A stretch of 64,000 bases of DNA from an uncultured delta proteobacterium (lineage in GTDB: Bacteria > Desulfobacterota > Desulfobacteria > Desulfobacterales > B30-G6): NCBI GenBank assembly GCA_963823335.1, contig CAWGLD010000001.1:1088001-1152000 (forward strand). Reading direction: 5' to 3'. A program made the translations under genes and the position numbers. This document shows positions 21,231 to 30,989 of the stretch, piece after piece; the first letter of the stretch is position 1, and each line of letters begins with the position of its first letter. Below the pieces are notes generated by a model, which saw nothing but the letters and a program-made list of their open reading frames with translations, made no database searches and was not told the origin of the DNA.

Positions 21231-24146
21231 TCACATTTTCATGCGTTCGCCTTCAGGGTCATAAAAGGGCATGGGAACCACCCTGGCGTTCAACCGTTTT
21301 TCGTTGCATTCATCTTCATAAATTTGCAGTCGTGAGCCCGGTTTGCTGAGTTGGGATTCCACCAGGGCCATGCCCACGGCTTCTCCGGTGGTAAAGCTTT
21401 TTCGGGCCGTAGCCACGTATCCGCGAACGCGGGTGTCTACGATCAAGGCCCCGTCCCGGGGTGCCCGGGTATCGTCTTCCATACGTATGCCCACCAATTT
21501 GAACCGGCCGGGGTCGTTTTCGGCCTGACGGAGGGCCACAGAGCCGACAGTTTTGGCATCTGCTTTTTTTCGATCCCAGAGGAATCCCAGGCCCAGGTCC
21601 AGGAGGTTGGTCCGTTGCTCTGACTCCTGCCCGAGAATAATGTGGCCTTTTTCCATACGCAGCACATTCTGGGCTTCCAGGCCAAAATTCTGGATATTAA
21701 ATTCAGCGCCAGCGGCCATCAGCATGTCCCAGACAGATTGCATGTAAGAGGCGGGCACATGAAGTTCATATGATAATTCGCCCACAAAACCCAGACGCAT
21801 GGCGCGTACCGGAATCGTGTTTTTAATAGTGAACTCACAGTATCCGGCATAAGGGAAGGCTTTGTTGGATATGTCGGCATCCACTATTTTTGTTAAAACC
21901 TTGCGGGCATTGGGTCCGGAAACGTTGATCACACCCATGGCATCGGTGAGGTTGACCATGTGGTATTTCCACCCATCGTAGCGCGTGTGAAATCGGAACC
22001 ACTCCACGGTATTACCGGCCCGTCCGCTGGATGTCGTGATGTAGTAGTCATTATCACCCCGTTTAATCACGATTCCGTCATCGATAACACAGCCGTCATC
22101 ATTGCACATGGCGGAATATTTGATACGGCCTGTTTTGATGCGGCTCATGTCAGACACATAAAGACGTTGAAGGGCCTTGAGTGCATCCGGACCGAAAATT
22201 CGAAATTTTCCCAGGGTAGAACTGTCCAGCATGCCCACGTTATTGCGTACATTGAGAATTTCATTCTTGCATTCGAAATCCTGGGAAAAGTACCGAGCTC
22301 TCTGCCAAACACCAATGTTGCGGAAGATACCGCCCTCTTTTTTCTGGGACACATGTAAAGGAGTTCGTTTGAACATATGATGGTGGGCACCTGCATAGGT
22401 TGCCAGAAGCGTGGGCACCAGCGGTGGCCGCACGGTTGTGGGCATAGGCTTGGAAACAGCGGCCGTGTATTTAGACACATAGAGTGGCAGATTATGACCC
22501 GGAATGCCCCCCTGACCCGGTCCGGTGCCTGCCGAGGTAAATCGCTTGATCAGCTCTGGGACATCAAAGCCCATATCGATGGCCTGCTTGATATTTTTGA
22601 TGGTGGTGTCCTCGTCAAAGCAGATAAAACTTTTCCGTCCTTTTACCGGGGCTGTGACCAGTTTGCAGCCCCGGTCTGCTCCGGGCAGTAGATCTGCTGC
22701 CTTTTGAGCGCTGGAGACTGTATCATCATCGGCCAGGCCTATGACGGCTAATGCCTTTTTAGCGGCCAATCGGCCTGAAGCCTCAATAGATAGCGGATGA
22801 TTGCATCCGGTCATTCGGCCTGCTGAAAACATCTTTTCAGGTAGTTTCTGGGGCAGGAAATATCCGGTGTGGTTGTCATAGGTCATTTTGGCCTGAGCCA
22901 GAATCAAGGGACCATTCACAGGTGTGTGCCCGGCTGACGCTACCAGCAGGTCGCAGGGGATTTGACGCCTGATGGTTCCGTCCAGCGTGCTCAGGGTCAC
23001 CTTGGTTACCTTTTTGCAGCCATAAGTTTTGGCGGCAACCCAGCCCTTGAGTACCGGCACCTTTCTTTGAGCGAGTGCCTCAAGCAGGCTGTCGTCATGG
23101 CCATCCTCGCGGATATCGGCCACGGTTTGGATCTTAAGACCCAGGTCAAACAAATCAAGTGCAGCCTCGAGCCCCAGGTCATGACCTACGCTGAAAACAG
23201 CTTCTTTACCGGGCAGAAGACCATAGCTTCGAGCCAGGCGATGGGCGCAGGCCACCTGCATGACGCCGGGTCTTTCGTTGTTCTCAAAAACCAGGGGTCG
23301 CTCGATACAACCGGTGGCGACCACCACGCTTTTGGAACGGATTTCGATATAGCGCTCCGTAAAGGCATCGTCACGCTTGCCCACCTGAAAGGCCGTGATT
23401 AGATTGTTGTTGTAAGCGCCCACCATGGAGGTATGTTTAAACACCCGGAGATTGGGAGCATTTTCCACCTGTTTCGCCAATTCTCTGGACCGGGTGAAAA
23501 GCGGTGTGCTTTCATTGTACGCGGCCGTCCGGTAATCCCAGCTTCCGCCCAGGTATGGTCGCGATTCCAATAGAACAACCCGAACGCCCGCTTCCGCAGC
23601 AGTCAGGGCTGCCATCATACCGGCAGCACCACCGCCGATAACACACACATCGGCTGTCAGGAAGATTTCATCATAGCGGCCTTTTACCTCGTAATTGGCG
23701 GAGATGGTTCCCACGCCTGCGGCTTTACGGATAGCTTTCATGGCAACGGGCCAGATCGCTGCCGGCTTGTGCATGGTCTTGTAATAGAAACCAGCCGGCA
23801 TCATCCAGTCTAATTTATCGGTAAATGCCATCAAGTCAAATTCCGCCGAGCCCTTGACGTTCTGGGCCTTGACCACCATTCCGTCTTTAAGCAGTGTGTT
23901 TTCAGTTCTCACATTGGGCACGCCATCCACTTCCATACAGGTGTTGCTGGATTCACCGTCAAGGCTGTACAACCCCCTGGGGCGATGATATTTCAGGCTG
24001 CGCGAAAAAATCCGGATACCATTGGAATAAAGAGCAGTTGCAACCGTATCTCCGGAAAATCCCTGATATGATTTTCCCCGATAGGCCAGAGAACGTGTTT
24101 CACCGGTATCGATCCGCAGCGTTGGCAATTCATGAAGCCTGTTCAT
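21231..24146 (-). CDS. soxA: Sarcosine oxidase alpha subunit-like (NAD-binding plus GcvT folate-binding)
   Basis: GDTVATAL, SRSLKYHRPRG, IGGGAAG, NNERPG, KRFTSAGTGPGQG, GELSYEL, LRMEKG, PFYDPEG. Confidence 0.85.
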   Translation of the reverse strand: MNRLHELPTLRIDTGETRSLAYRGKSYQGFSGDTVATALYSNGIRIFSRSLKYHRPRGLYSLDGESSNTCMEVDGVPNVRTENTLLKDGMVVKAQNVKGSAEFDLMAFTDKLDWMMPAGFYYKTMHKPAAIWPVAMKAIRKAAGVGTISANYEVKGRYDEIFLTADVCVIGGGAAGMMAALTAAEAGVRVVLLESRPYLGGSWDYRTAAYNESTPLFTRSRELAKQVENAPNLRVFKHTSMVGAYNNNLITAFQVGKRDDAFTERYIEIRSKSVVVATGCIERPLVFENNERPGVMQVACAHRLARSYGLLPGKEAVFSVGHDLGLEAALDLFDLGLKIQTVADIREDGHDDSLLEALAQRKVPVLKGWVAAKTYGCKKVTKVTLSTLDGTIRRQIPCDLLVASAGHTPVNGPLILAQAKMTYDNHTGYFLPQKLPEKMFSAGRMTGCNHPLSIEASGRLAAKKALAVIGLADDDTVSSAQKAADLLPGADRGCKLVTAPVKGRKSFICFDEDTTIKNIKQAIDMGFDVPELIKRFTSAGTGPGQGGIPGHNLPLYVSKYTAAVSKPMPTTVRPPLVPTLLATYAGAHHHMFKRTPLHVSQKKEGGIFRNIGVWQRARYFSQDFECKNEILNVRNNVGMLDSSTLGKFRIFGPDALKALQRLYVSDMSRIKTGRIKYSAMCNDDGCVIDDGIVIKRGDNDYYITTSSGRAGNTVEWFRFHTRYDGWKYHMVNLTDAMGVINVSGPNARKVLTKIVDADISNKAFPYAGYCEFTIKNTIPVRAMRLGFVGELSYELHVPASYMQSVWDMLMAAGAEFNIQNFGLEAQNVLRMEKGHIILGQESEQRTNLLDLGLGFLWDRKKADAKTVGSVALRQAENDPGRFKLVGIRMEDDTRAPRDGALIVDTRVRGYVATARKSFTTGEAVGMALVESQLSKPGSRLQIYEDECNEKRLNARVVPMPFYDPEGERMKM

Positions 24147-24403
24147 TTGCTATCCTCCGGTGCGCTTACTTCAAGGTTGCTGATGGTGTTACGAAAGGTG
24201 CTGAACCATGATCCGCATCCATCCCGGTGAAACCACCACTCTTTCTGAACACCTGCTATACAGGTGTTCATGTGGACATAATCGCACCATTCAGCAGGTG
24301 TCAGGCCGTCTTCATCTGGTCGGGGTCCTTTATCTTCTCCACCATAGCGAAATTCATACCCATTGCGTTTCCCGCAGATGGGACAGGTGAGAGTCAGTGC
24401 CAT
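24143..24403 (-). CDS. soxD: Sarcosine oxidase delta subunit
   Basis: CPICGKR..EF.YGG, EWWFHRDGC, RNT. Confidence 0.88.
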   Translation of the reverse strand: MALTLTCPICGKRNGYEFRYGGEDKGPRPDEDGLTPAEWCDYVHMNTCIAGVQKEWWFHRDGCGSWFSTFRNTISNLEVSAPEDSK

Positions 24404-24427
24404 TGTTTTCCTCCTGTTATATTGCGG

Positions 24428-25651
24428 CTAATTGTCAGGCGTATAACTCACCAGCGCCGCTGTTTCACCCATGAGCTGGTGTTTTTCATAACGTCGCAGG
24501 TTAAACGGTTTAAGCATATCGGGGCAGTTCTCCGTCGCCAGGTACTGGGCCATGTATTTTCCGGCGGCGGAACAGGATTTAAATCCAAAATACCCCCAGC
24601 CACAGTCCATGTAAAAACCCTCGATGGGATCATTGCCATCCAGAATTGGTGCCATGTCCGGGGTCATGTCGGCCAGACCACCCCAGATCCGCATGAACCT
24701 GACGCCCCGCAGGCAGGGCAGCCAGTCCGACAGGGCTTCAGCCTGATGCTTGATGTAGTGTGCTGTGTTTTGGGTTGTGTAATTGGGCCATGGATCCATG
24801 TGAGCACCGGTGGCAATTTCACCTTTAAGTGTCTGGTTGGCATAGCAGTGATAGGCACCGGAAGAAACCACGTGGTTGAGCAGTGGTTTCAGCGGTTGGG
24901 TGACCATGGCCTGGATGGTCAATACACTGATGGGAAGTCTGATACCCAGCATCTGGTTGATGACGCCTGCGCTGTAACCACCGGCGGATACCAGCACCCT
25001 GGGGGTATTAATGTGACCGCGGCTGGTGGTGACACCGGTGACTTTACCTCCCTGCGTGTGAATGGCTGAGGCCTCTGTCCGCTGGTGGATGTGAACCCCA
25101 TTTTTTGCACAGCCCTTGGCCAGACCCCACACAACCGCGTCATGGCGAACAATACCTCCGGGGGGATGATACATGGCGCCTTGTATGGGAAAGGTAATAT
25201 CTTCTGAAATGTTCAGTGCCGGTACCATCTCTTTGGCCTGTTTGGCATCGATGAGGTGACTCTCTACACCGTGGAACTGCGCCGTTGCGATGGTCATGCG
25301 GGCGGCCTTCATGGCGGCTTCACTGTGCATCAGATTCAGGTTCCCGCAATTGTTGAACATTAAATTGAAATCGAGCTCTTTCGTAAGTACCGGCCAGAGG
25401 TCGAGTGCCTCTTTGTAGAGGGGGACATTATACTGTGTCCGCTGGTTAGCACGCACGATGGCGGTGTTTCTCCCGGCCCCGCCAAACCCAATGTATCTTT
25501 TTTCAATAATGGCCACATCGGTGAGACCATAATCCCTGGCCAGATAGTAGGCTGTGGCAAGACCATGAAGCCCACCCCCTATGATCACCGCTTCGTAACT
25601 GGATTTCAGTTTGGGCTGTTTTCCCCACAGGGGTTTATGTTTAGAAAACAT
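24428..25651 (-). CDS. soxB: Sarcosine oxidase beta subunit
   Basis: IGGGLHGLATAYYLA, GRNTAIVRAN, GIVRHDAVVWG, WGGLADMTPD, GWGYFGFK. Confidence 0.88.
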   Translation of the reverse strand: MFSKHKPLWGKQPKLKSSYEAVIIGGGLHGLATAYYLARDYGLTDVAIIEKRYIGFGGAGRNTAIVRANQRTQYNVPLYKEALDLWPVLTKELDFNLMFNNCGNLNLMHSEAAMKAARMTIATAQFHGVESHLIDAKQAKEMVPALNISEDITFPIQGAMYHPPGGIVRHDAVVWGLAKGCAKNGVHIHQRTEASAIHTQGGKVTGVTTSRGHINTPRVLVSAGGYSAGVINQMLGIRLPISVLTIQAMVTQPLKPLLNHVVSSGAYHCYANQTLKGEIATGAHMDPWPNYTTQNTAHYIKHQAEALSDWLPCLRGVRFMRIWGGLADMTPDMAPILDGNDPIEGFYMDCGWGYFGFKSCSAAGKYMAQYLATENCPDMLKPFNLRRYEKHQLMGETAALVSYTPDN

Positions 25652-25947
25652 TATCGGTGCTCCTTTTTGGTGTCACGTCATATTGCGATGGGTAGTTACG
25701 GTGCTTCCTAAAAGGGTCATAATATCATTTGTCAAATAACGTTCGGTTTACTCCGAAAAGTGAAACCCCTGGCGTCGTGAAACGCATTCGGAACCTAGTT
25801 ATGACAAGCCCTATAGCACTATGCCAATGTAAGAAAACATGTCAAGCAAAAAAGAAAGTATGTCTTTGATTATTTCAAAATCAATTGACATCTTTTGTTG
25901 GTTATGGTTATTTTCTATTATATCTTTATGGTTATGGGCTTTAATGC

Positions 25948-25969
25948 AAATGAAAGAAATGTTTCATTT
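25948..25969. promoter_or_regulatory. Palindrome AAATGAAA-N6-TTTCATTT, candidate RpiR-family operator
   Basis: Perfect 8-bp arms 20 nt upstream of the RpiR start, downstream of TTGACA at 25885-25890. Confidence 0.5.
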
Positions 25970-25989
25970 ATGTGCCTGGGAAATAATTT

Positions 25990-26877
25990 ATGAAAGAAAA
26001 TCAGTCGCACCCAGTTATTAAGCAAATTATGATGAATCTGGCCTCCTTGACACCCAAGGGGCGAATTCTCGGAAAATATATCATACAGTATCCGCGCAAA
26101 GCGGTGTTCATGACCACGAGGGAACTAGCCGAAACCTGTGATGTCAGTGAAGCGACGGTGGTCAGATTTGTCAGTCAGCTGGGATATGGCGCCTATGGGG
26201 AATTTCTCCAAGCCTTGCGGGATTTCGTCGACACCGGGTTGACCCTGCAGGATCGGGTCGATCTCCCGGGTATGAAAGAACCGGGAGCCGACCGATTTCA
26301 CCGGGTCGTGTTTGATGAGATGAGCAATTTAAAGCAGTTCTACGAAGCCATCGACATGAATACCATGCAGATCTTCCTGGAAGCCATTTCGGAAAGTCCC
26401 TGGGTTTATGTTGTCGGATCCCGTCTTTCCTATACCTTTGCCTATTACTTGGGCTGGTCTCTGACCAAGGTGCGCAAGGGGGTGCATATTTTGAATGGCA
26501 GCGACAGCACAGCCATCGACTGGCTTACCAATGCCCCTGCCGACAGCCTGATCGTGATGATCGCTACATCACGGTATCCCAATGAATTGATCAAACTGGG
26601 TAAAGTGGCACGGCGCCTGGGGCATCGACTTCTGGTTATCGCAGACAGCACCCTTTGTCCCCTGATTCAATTTGCGCACACATCTTTGGTTGCCCCATCA
26701 AAATCGATTCCCCTGATCGGCAATCCAAGCACAATTACCTGTATAGCAAACTATCTAGTGCTGGAACTGGCCAGTCGCCAGGACAACCGTTTTAGTTTAC
26801 ATCAGGAAAAGCTGGAACAGGTTTATCTGGAGAATGATATTCTGTTTAATCTGCGTATGGAAGATTTTGACCAATAG
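25990..26877 (+). CDS. MurR/RpiR-family transcriptional regulator
   Basis: ELAETCDVSEATVVRFVSQLGY HTH plus SIS-type domain. Confidence 0.92.
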   Translation: MKENQSHPVIKQIMMNLASLTPKGRILGKYIIQYPRKAVFMTTRELAETCDVSEATVVRFVSQLGYGAYGEFLQALRDFVDTGLTLQDRVDLPGMKEPGADRFHRVVFDEMSNLKQFYEAIDMNTMQIFLEAISESPWVYVVGSRLSYTFAYYLGWSLTKVRKGVHILNGSDSTAIDWLTNAPADSLIVMIATSRYPNELIKLGKVARRLGHRLLVIADSTLCPLIQFAHTSLVAPSKSIPLIGNPSTITCIANYLVLELASRQDNRFSLHQEKLEQVYLENDILFNLRMEDFDQ

Positions 26878-26911
26878 ATATCCTCAACAGGTAGCAATGG
26901 AAGGAGTTATC

Positions 26912-29329
26912 ATGAAAAAACATGCTAGAGTCGTTGTCATCGGCGGTGGTGCCATTGGTGTAAGCGTGGCTTATCACCTGGCAAGATATGGTTGGCAGGA
27001 TGTGGTCCTGGTTGAAAAACACGAACTGACTTCAGGGTCCACCTGGATGGCTGCTGGGAACTGCTCTTTTTTTCATGGGAATTATTATTGCACCCAGGTT
27101 AATATGAAAAGCATCGAATTGTACCAGCAACTGGAAAAGGAAACGGGGCAGTCTGTGGGCTGGCACACCACCGGATCCATAAGGACGGCTGACAATCCGG
27201 GTCGAATGGAAGAGCTTGGGTACATTTACAGCATGAACCGCTGTTTGGGATTGGATGTGAACTGGGTGACTCCGGAAGACATGGCGAAGATGCATCCACT
27301 GCTCAACGCGGATGGTTTTATCGGAGGTCTTTACTGGCCTGATGACGGCGATGTCGATCCCAATGGCATCACCATGGCCATGAGTATGGGAGCTAAAAAA
27401 TTTGGTGCGGAGATTAATACTCACACCCGTGTGACCGACATCGAGCAGACCCCTTCCGGCGAATGGCGGGTGCACACCGACAAGGGTGACATCACCTGTG
27501 AGGTTGTGGTCAACGCTGCAGGCCTCTGGGCACCGCAGGTTGCTAAAATGGTAGGTCTGGAGATTCCCTCTATCGCGGGTGAACATACCCACATTCTATT
27601 TGAAACAATTAATGCCGTGGAAGAGCGAGACAGTTATCTACCTCTGGTGCGTGATCCCGACCGCTCCATATACATACGTCAGGAAATGGACAGCCTGATC
27701 CTGGGTCTGTACGAAAGCAAGGTTAAACAGTGGCATCCTGAAGGCGTACCCTGGGATTATGCACAGAACGAGTTGCAACCGGACATCGATCACATCGCAG
27801 ACTTTATCGAAAACGGCATCTATCGTTTTCCCATCATGGGCGAAACCGGTTTCAAACATGTCACCGACGGACCCATTACCTACACTCCGAATGGAGATCC
27901 GCTGGTGGGACCGGCTTATCCACTAAAAAATTTCTATCACGCCTGCGGCTACAGCTTCGGTATTACCCAGGCAGGGGGTATCGGCCACTACCTGGCAGGC
28001 TGGATCATGGAAGGCGAACCAGAAATCGACCTGTGGCCGGTAGACAGCCGACGTTACGGTGCCTCTGTCAACTGGGCCTACAACCATGAAAAGATCGAAG
28101 ACACCTATCCAAGGCTTTACGCCATTATCTGTCCCAATGATTGGCGGGACGCTGCCCGTCCCAACAGGACCAGCCCCATCTATGAATACCAGAAGCAGGC
28201 GGGTGCTGTTTTTGGAGATTATTACGGATGGGAATGCCCCAACTATTTTACTCAAACAGCGGCGGACAAGCGGGAAACCCCCGGCTGGAGCCGCAACAAT
28301 ACTTTTCCCTATGTGGCAGAAGAGTGTCGGCATGTGATGAATCATGTGGGTTTGCTTGATCTGACCCGTTTTGCAAAGACGAGAATCAGCGGCCCCGGCG
28401 CGGAAAAATGGTTGAACAGTATGACCTGCCAGAAGGTTCCTTCGAAAGAGGGACAGATCGCTTTGAGCCCCATGCTGGATCACAACGGGAATTTCAAATC
28501 CGATATGACCATTACCAAAATTAGGGATGAGGAATATTTCTGTGTGACCGCCAGTGTCGGGAAGCGCCACGACCAGCACTGGCTGATGCAGAATCTGCCG
28601 GAGGATGGTTTGGTGGAAATGACCGATATGACCTATCAACAGGGATGTCTGGTCGTTACGGGACCCAAAAGCCGTGACCTGTTACAGGCTGTTTGTTACG
28701 GTGACCTGTCCGATGAGGTGTTTCCCTTTGGAACCAGCCGGGAAATTTATGTGGGCCGGGTCAAATGCCGGATCAATCGCATGACCTATGTGGGAGAGTT
28801 GGGTTATGAAATATTTCATCCCATCGAACAGCAGATTTCGGTATATTTGGCCCTGACCGGTGCGGGAGATACTTTTGACCTGCGGATGTTTGGTATGTAT
28901 GCCATGGAGTCCATGAGATTGGAGAAAGGCTATCTGGCCTGGAAGAGTGAAATGAATGTTCACCATACACCCCTTGAGACACCCGTGGCCTGGACCGTCA
29001 AATGGGATAAGGATTTCATTGGAAAGCGTGGCCTGGAAAAACAAAAAACTGCCGGAATCCCCCGTCAGTTGGTATGTATGACAGTTGCGGCGGAAGATGC
29101 TGATCCATGGGGCTACAATCCCATTTTTAGCGGTGATGAGATTATCGGCATGACATCATCGGGTGGGTATGGTCATCGCGTGGAGCAAAGCATGGCCCTA
29201 GGATACATACCGCCCGAATTTGCAATCCCTGGAACCCGTTTGGCGGTTGAGGTTCTGGGAAAAAAACTGCCGGCTGAGGTTATGACCATGCCATTGTACG
29301 ACCCTGAAAATAAGCGTATGAAAGTATGA
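26912..29329 (+). CDS. Dimethylglycine dehydrogenase-like flavoprotein (DAO plus GcvT domains)
   Basis: VVVIGGGAIG, ELTSGSTWMAAG, GPITYTPNG, GWECPNYF, YVGELGYE, SMRLEKGY; RBS before ATG 26912. Confidence 0.85.
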   Translation: MKKHARVVVIGGGAIGVSVAYHLARYGWQDVVLVEKHELTSGSTWMAAGNCSFFHGNYYCTQVNMKSIELYQQLEKETGQSVGWHTTGSIRTADNPGRMEELGYIYSMNRCLGLDVNWVTPEDMAKMHPLLNADGFIGGLYWPDDGDVDPNGITMAMSMGAKKFGAEINTHTRVTDIEQTPSGEWRVHTDKGDITCEVVVNAAGLWAPQVAKMVGLEIPSIAGEHTHILFETINAVEERDSYLPLVRDPDRSIYIRQEMDSLILGLYESKVKQWHPEGVPWDYAQNELQPDIDHIADFIENGIYRFPIMGETGFKHVTDGPITYTPNGDPLVGPAYPLKNFYHACGYSFGITQAGGIGHYLAGWIMEGEPEIDLWPVDSRRYGASVNWAYNHEKIEDTYPRLYAIICPNDWRDAARPNRTSPIYEYQKQAGAVFGDYYGWECPNYFTQTAADKRETPGWSRNNTFPYVAEECRHVMNHVGLLDLTRFAKTRISGPGAEKWLNSMTCQKVPSKEGQIALSPMLDHNGNFKSDMTITKIRDEEYFCVTASVGKRHDQHWLMQNLPEDGLVEMTDMTYQQGCLVVTGPKSRDLLQAVCYGDLSDEVFPFGTSREIYVGRVKCRINRMTYVGELGYEIFHPIEQQISVYLALTGAGDTFDLRMFGMYAMESMRLEKGYLAWKSEMNVHHTPLETPVAWTVKWDKDFIGKRGLEKQKTAGIPRQLVCMTVAAEDADPWGYNPIFSGDEIIGMTSSGGYGHRVEQSMALGYIPPEFAIPGTRLAVEVLGKKLPAEVMTMPLYDPENKRMKV

Positions 29330-29410
29330 ACATTTTCTATAAAGCACCAACCCGAAGTGGGCTTTTGATAAAATCGTGAAACATTTTTTAACCCGTGGAA
29401 AGGTTCGCCG

Positions 29411-30916
29411 ATGAGGAAGCGGAATAAGAAACTCATCAAGCTGTTTGATAATGCAGTTTTCTCGGAAAAAGAATATAATTTTCAGAAAGCGAAGGATTAC
29501 TATCAACAAGTCGTGGTGCTGCACCCAAACAGTCCTGAGGCAGATATCGCCAGGGAGCGAATCCAGGATATGGAGACCCTCTCCAAGGAGAAGGGGATAT
29601 ATCAGCGGATACATGCCAACGCCAAGAGAATACTGACCGAAATCGGCATGGATATATCGGCCAGTCCTGTCTTGATGGAGCTTCTCCTTTCCGCCGATGC
29701 TATTGATACGAATAGTGAACAGGCGTTGTTCATTCCCATAAAGACAGATTATCTGGAAGCCTGTCTGGATGCAGTGCCCAGGGACATGCCGGAAGATCCC
29801 GGTGAAAACGCTTTCGGCACCGGCGCTACGCCACCATTTCTACTCCGCCCTGGAAGAGACGATCTTGCTCCTGCTAATCGTGGGGAATTCGAAGAAATTG
29901 TCAGAAATGCCGCTCAATATGCCGACTCACTGGGCATTTTCAGTATCCCCGTGGCAACGGATAAATCGATTTCCGTTTTTGAGAGCTCCATGATGATGGA
30001 GAAACATTTTCCAGATCTCAAGATGACCTACACTCGAAATATGTCGGACGCCGAGACAGCCTATTTTCAGAACAGAGAGGATTGGATGGATGGTACCAGC
30101 CTGTTGACATCCATGACCTTCATGCCCAACATGGTGGATCCGTTTATAAGAAGTGCCAGGGCCGGCAACAACCTGCTGCTTCTGGATCTCACCATAGCCG
30201 GGGCTTCGGGGCCTGCAAGCCCGGAGGCTCTGCTGACCCAGATACACGCCCAGGTGTTGTTTATGATGATGCTGGCCCAGACCATCCATCCCGGCATCGG
30301 GTGTGTTCATGGGGGTATTCCCGATGTTCTGGGTGTTGGCGGCGATCTTGATTACAGCGATCCGGGGCAGCCGATTATCAATTCTGCCATGGCGCGTCTC
30401 AATCTGTGGGTGACGGGCTTTCCATCGGCTCAATCGGGCGGCAGTACCAGCATCGTCAACGATATACCGGCGGCGGTCGAGGAGTCGGAACGTTCTCGAA
30501 ATACACTGAGATTATATGGCGTGCATATCCTGCGCCATGCTATGGGCGCCATGGGGAACTTGAACTATTTCAGTCTAGAAAAATTTGTGGAGGATTGTAA
30601 GCGCGAAAGAACCGCCAGGTTACAATGGCTCAGGACCCGACATGATTTTGTGGTGCCACTTCACCTGCCGGAAGATCCTGATGCGGTATCGGGAATTCGG
30701 GAAATAGCACAGAAAGGGGGTGCCAAATATGCAGATCACACCCTTAACCATGTGGATGCATTTGCCCGGTGGCACAAGATATTAGAAGCTGCTGGTGAGA
30801 AAAAGGCCTATTTCCCGGAGCTAAGGGATGTCGCCGCGGATATCGGAGAAGAGGTAGAACGCGGTCCCGAAGAAGAAACCATTACCCAACTCCAGGAGAC
30901 CTTCCTTAAAAGCTAA
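29411..30916 (+). CDS. Divergent MttB-like methyltransferase with N-terminal TPR-like hairpin
   Basis: IYQRIHANAKRILTEIGM, AFGTGA, IAGASGPAS, FSLEKFVED, DHTLNH resemble MttB; N-terminal AKDYYQQVVVLHPNSPEADIARERI. Confidence 0.65.
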   Translation: MRKRNKKLIKLFDNAVFSEKEYNFQKAKDYYQQVVVLHPNSPEADIARERIQDMETLSKEKGIYQRIHANAKRILTEIGMDISASPVLMELLLSADAIDTNSEQALFIPIKTDYLEACLDAVPRDMPEDPGENAFGTGATPPFLLRPGRDDLAPANRGEFEEIVRNAAQYADSLGIFSIPVATDKSISVFESSMMMEKHFPDLKMTYTRNMSDAETAYFQNREDWMDGTSLLTSMTFMPNMVDPFIRSARAGNNLLLLDLTIAGASGPASPEALLTQIHAQVLFMMMLAQTIHPGIGCVHGGIPDVLGVGGDLDYSDPGQPIINSAMARLNLWVTGFPSAQSGGSTSIVNDIPAAVEESERSRNTLRLYGVHILRHAMGAMGNLNYFSLEKFVEDCKRERTARLQWLRTRHDFVVPLHLPEDPDAVSGIREIAQKGGAKYADHTLNHVDAFARWHKILEAAGEKKAYFPELRDVAADIGEEVERGPEEETITQLQETFLKS

Positions 30917-30946
30917 CCCGAACATTTCATGAAATATTCCGGGCTA
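30914..30946. repeat. 33-bp imperfect palindrome TAACCCGAACATTTCATGAAATATTCCGGGCTA
   Basis: Seen directly; TA at both ends; its first 17 nt recur with 16/17 identity at 45444-45460. Confidence 0.6.
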
Positions 30947-30989
30947 AGACGAGTATTTGAGGACATTTGCCGAAAGACGTTCGGTCTAA

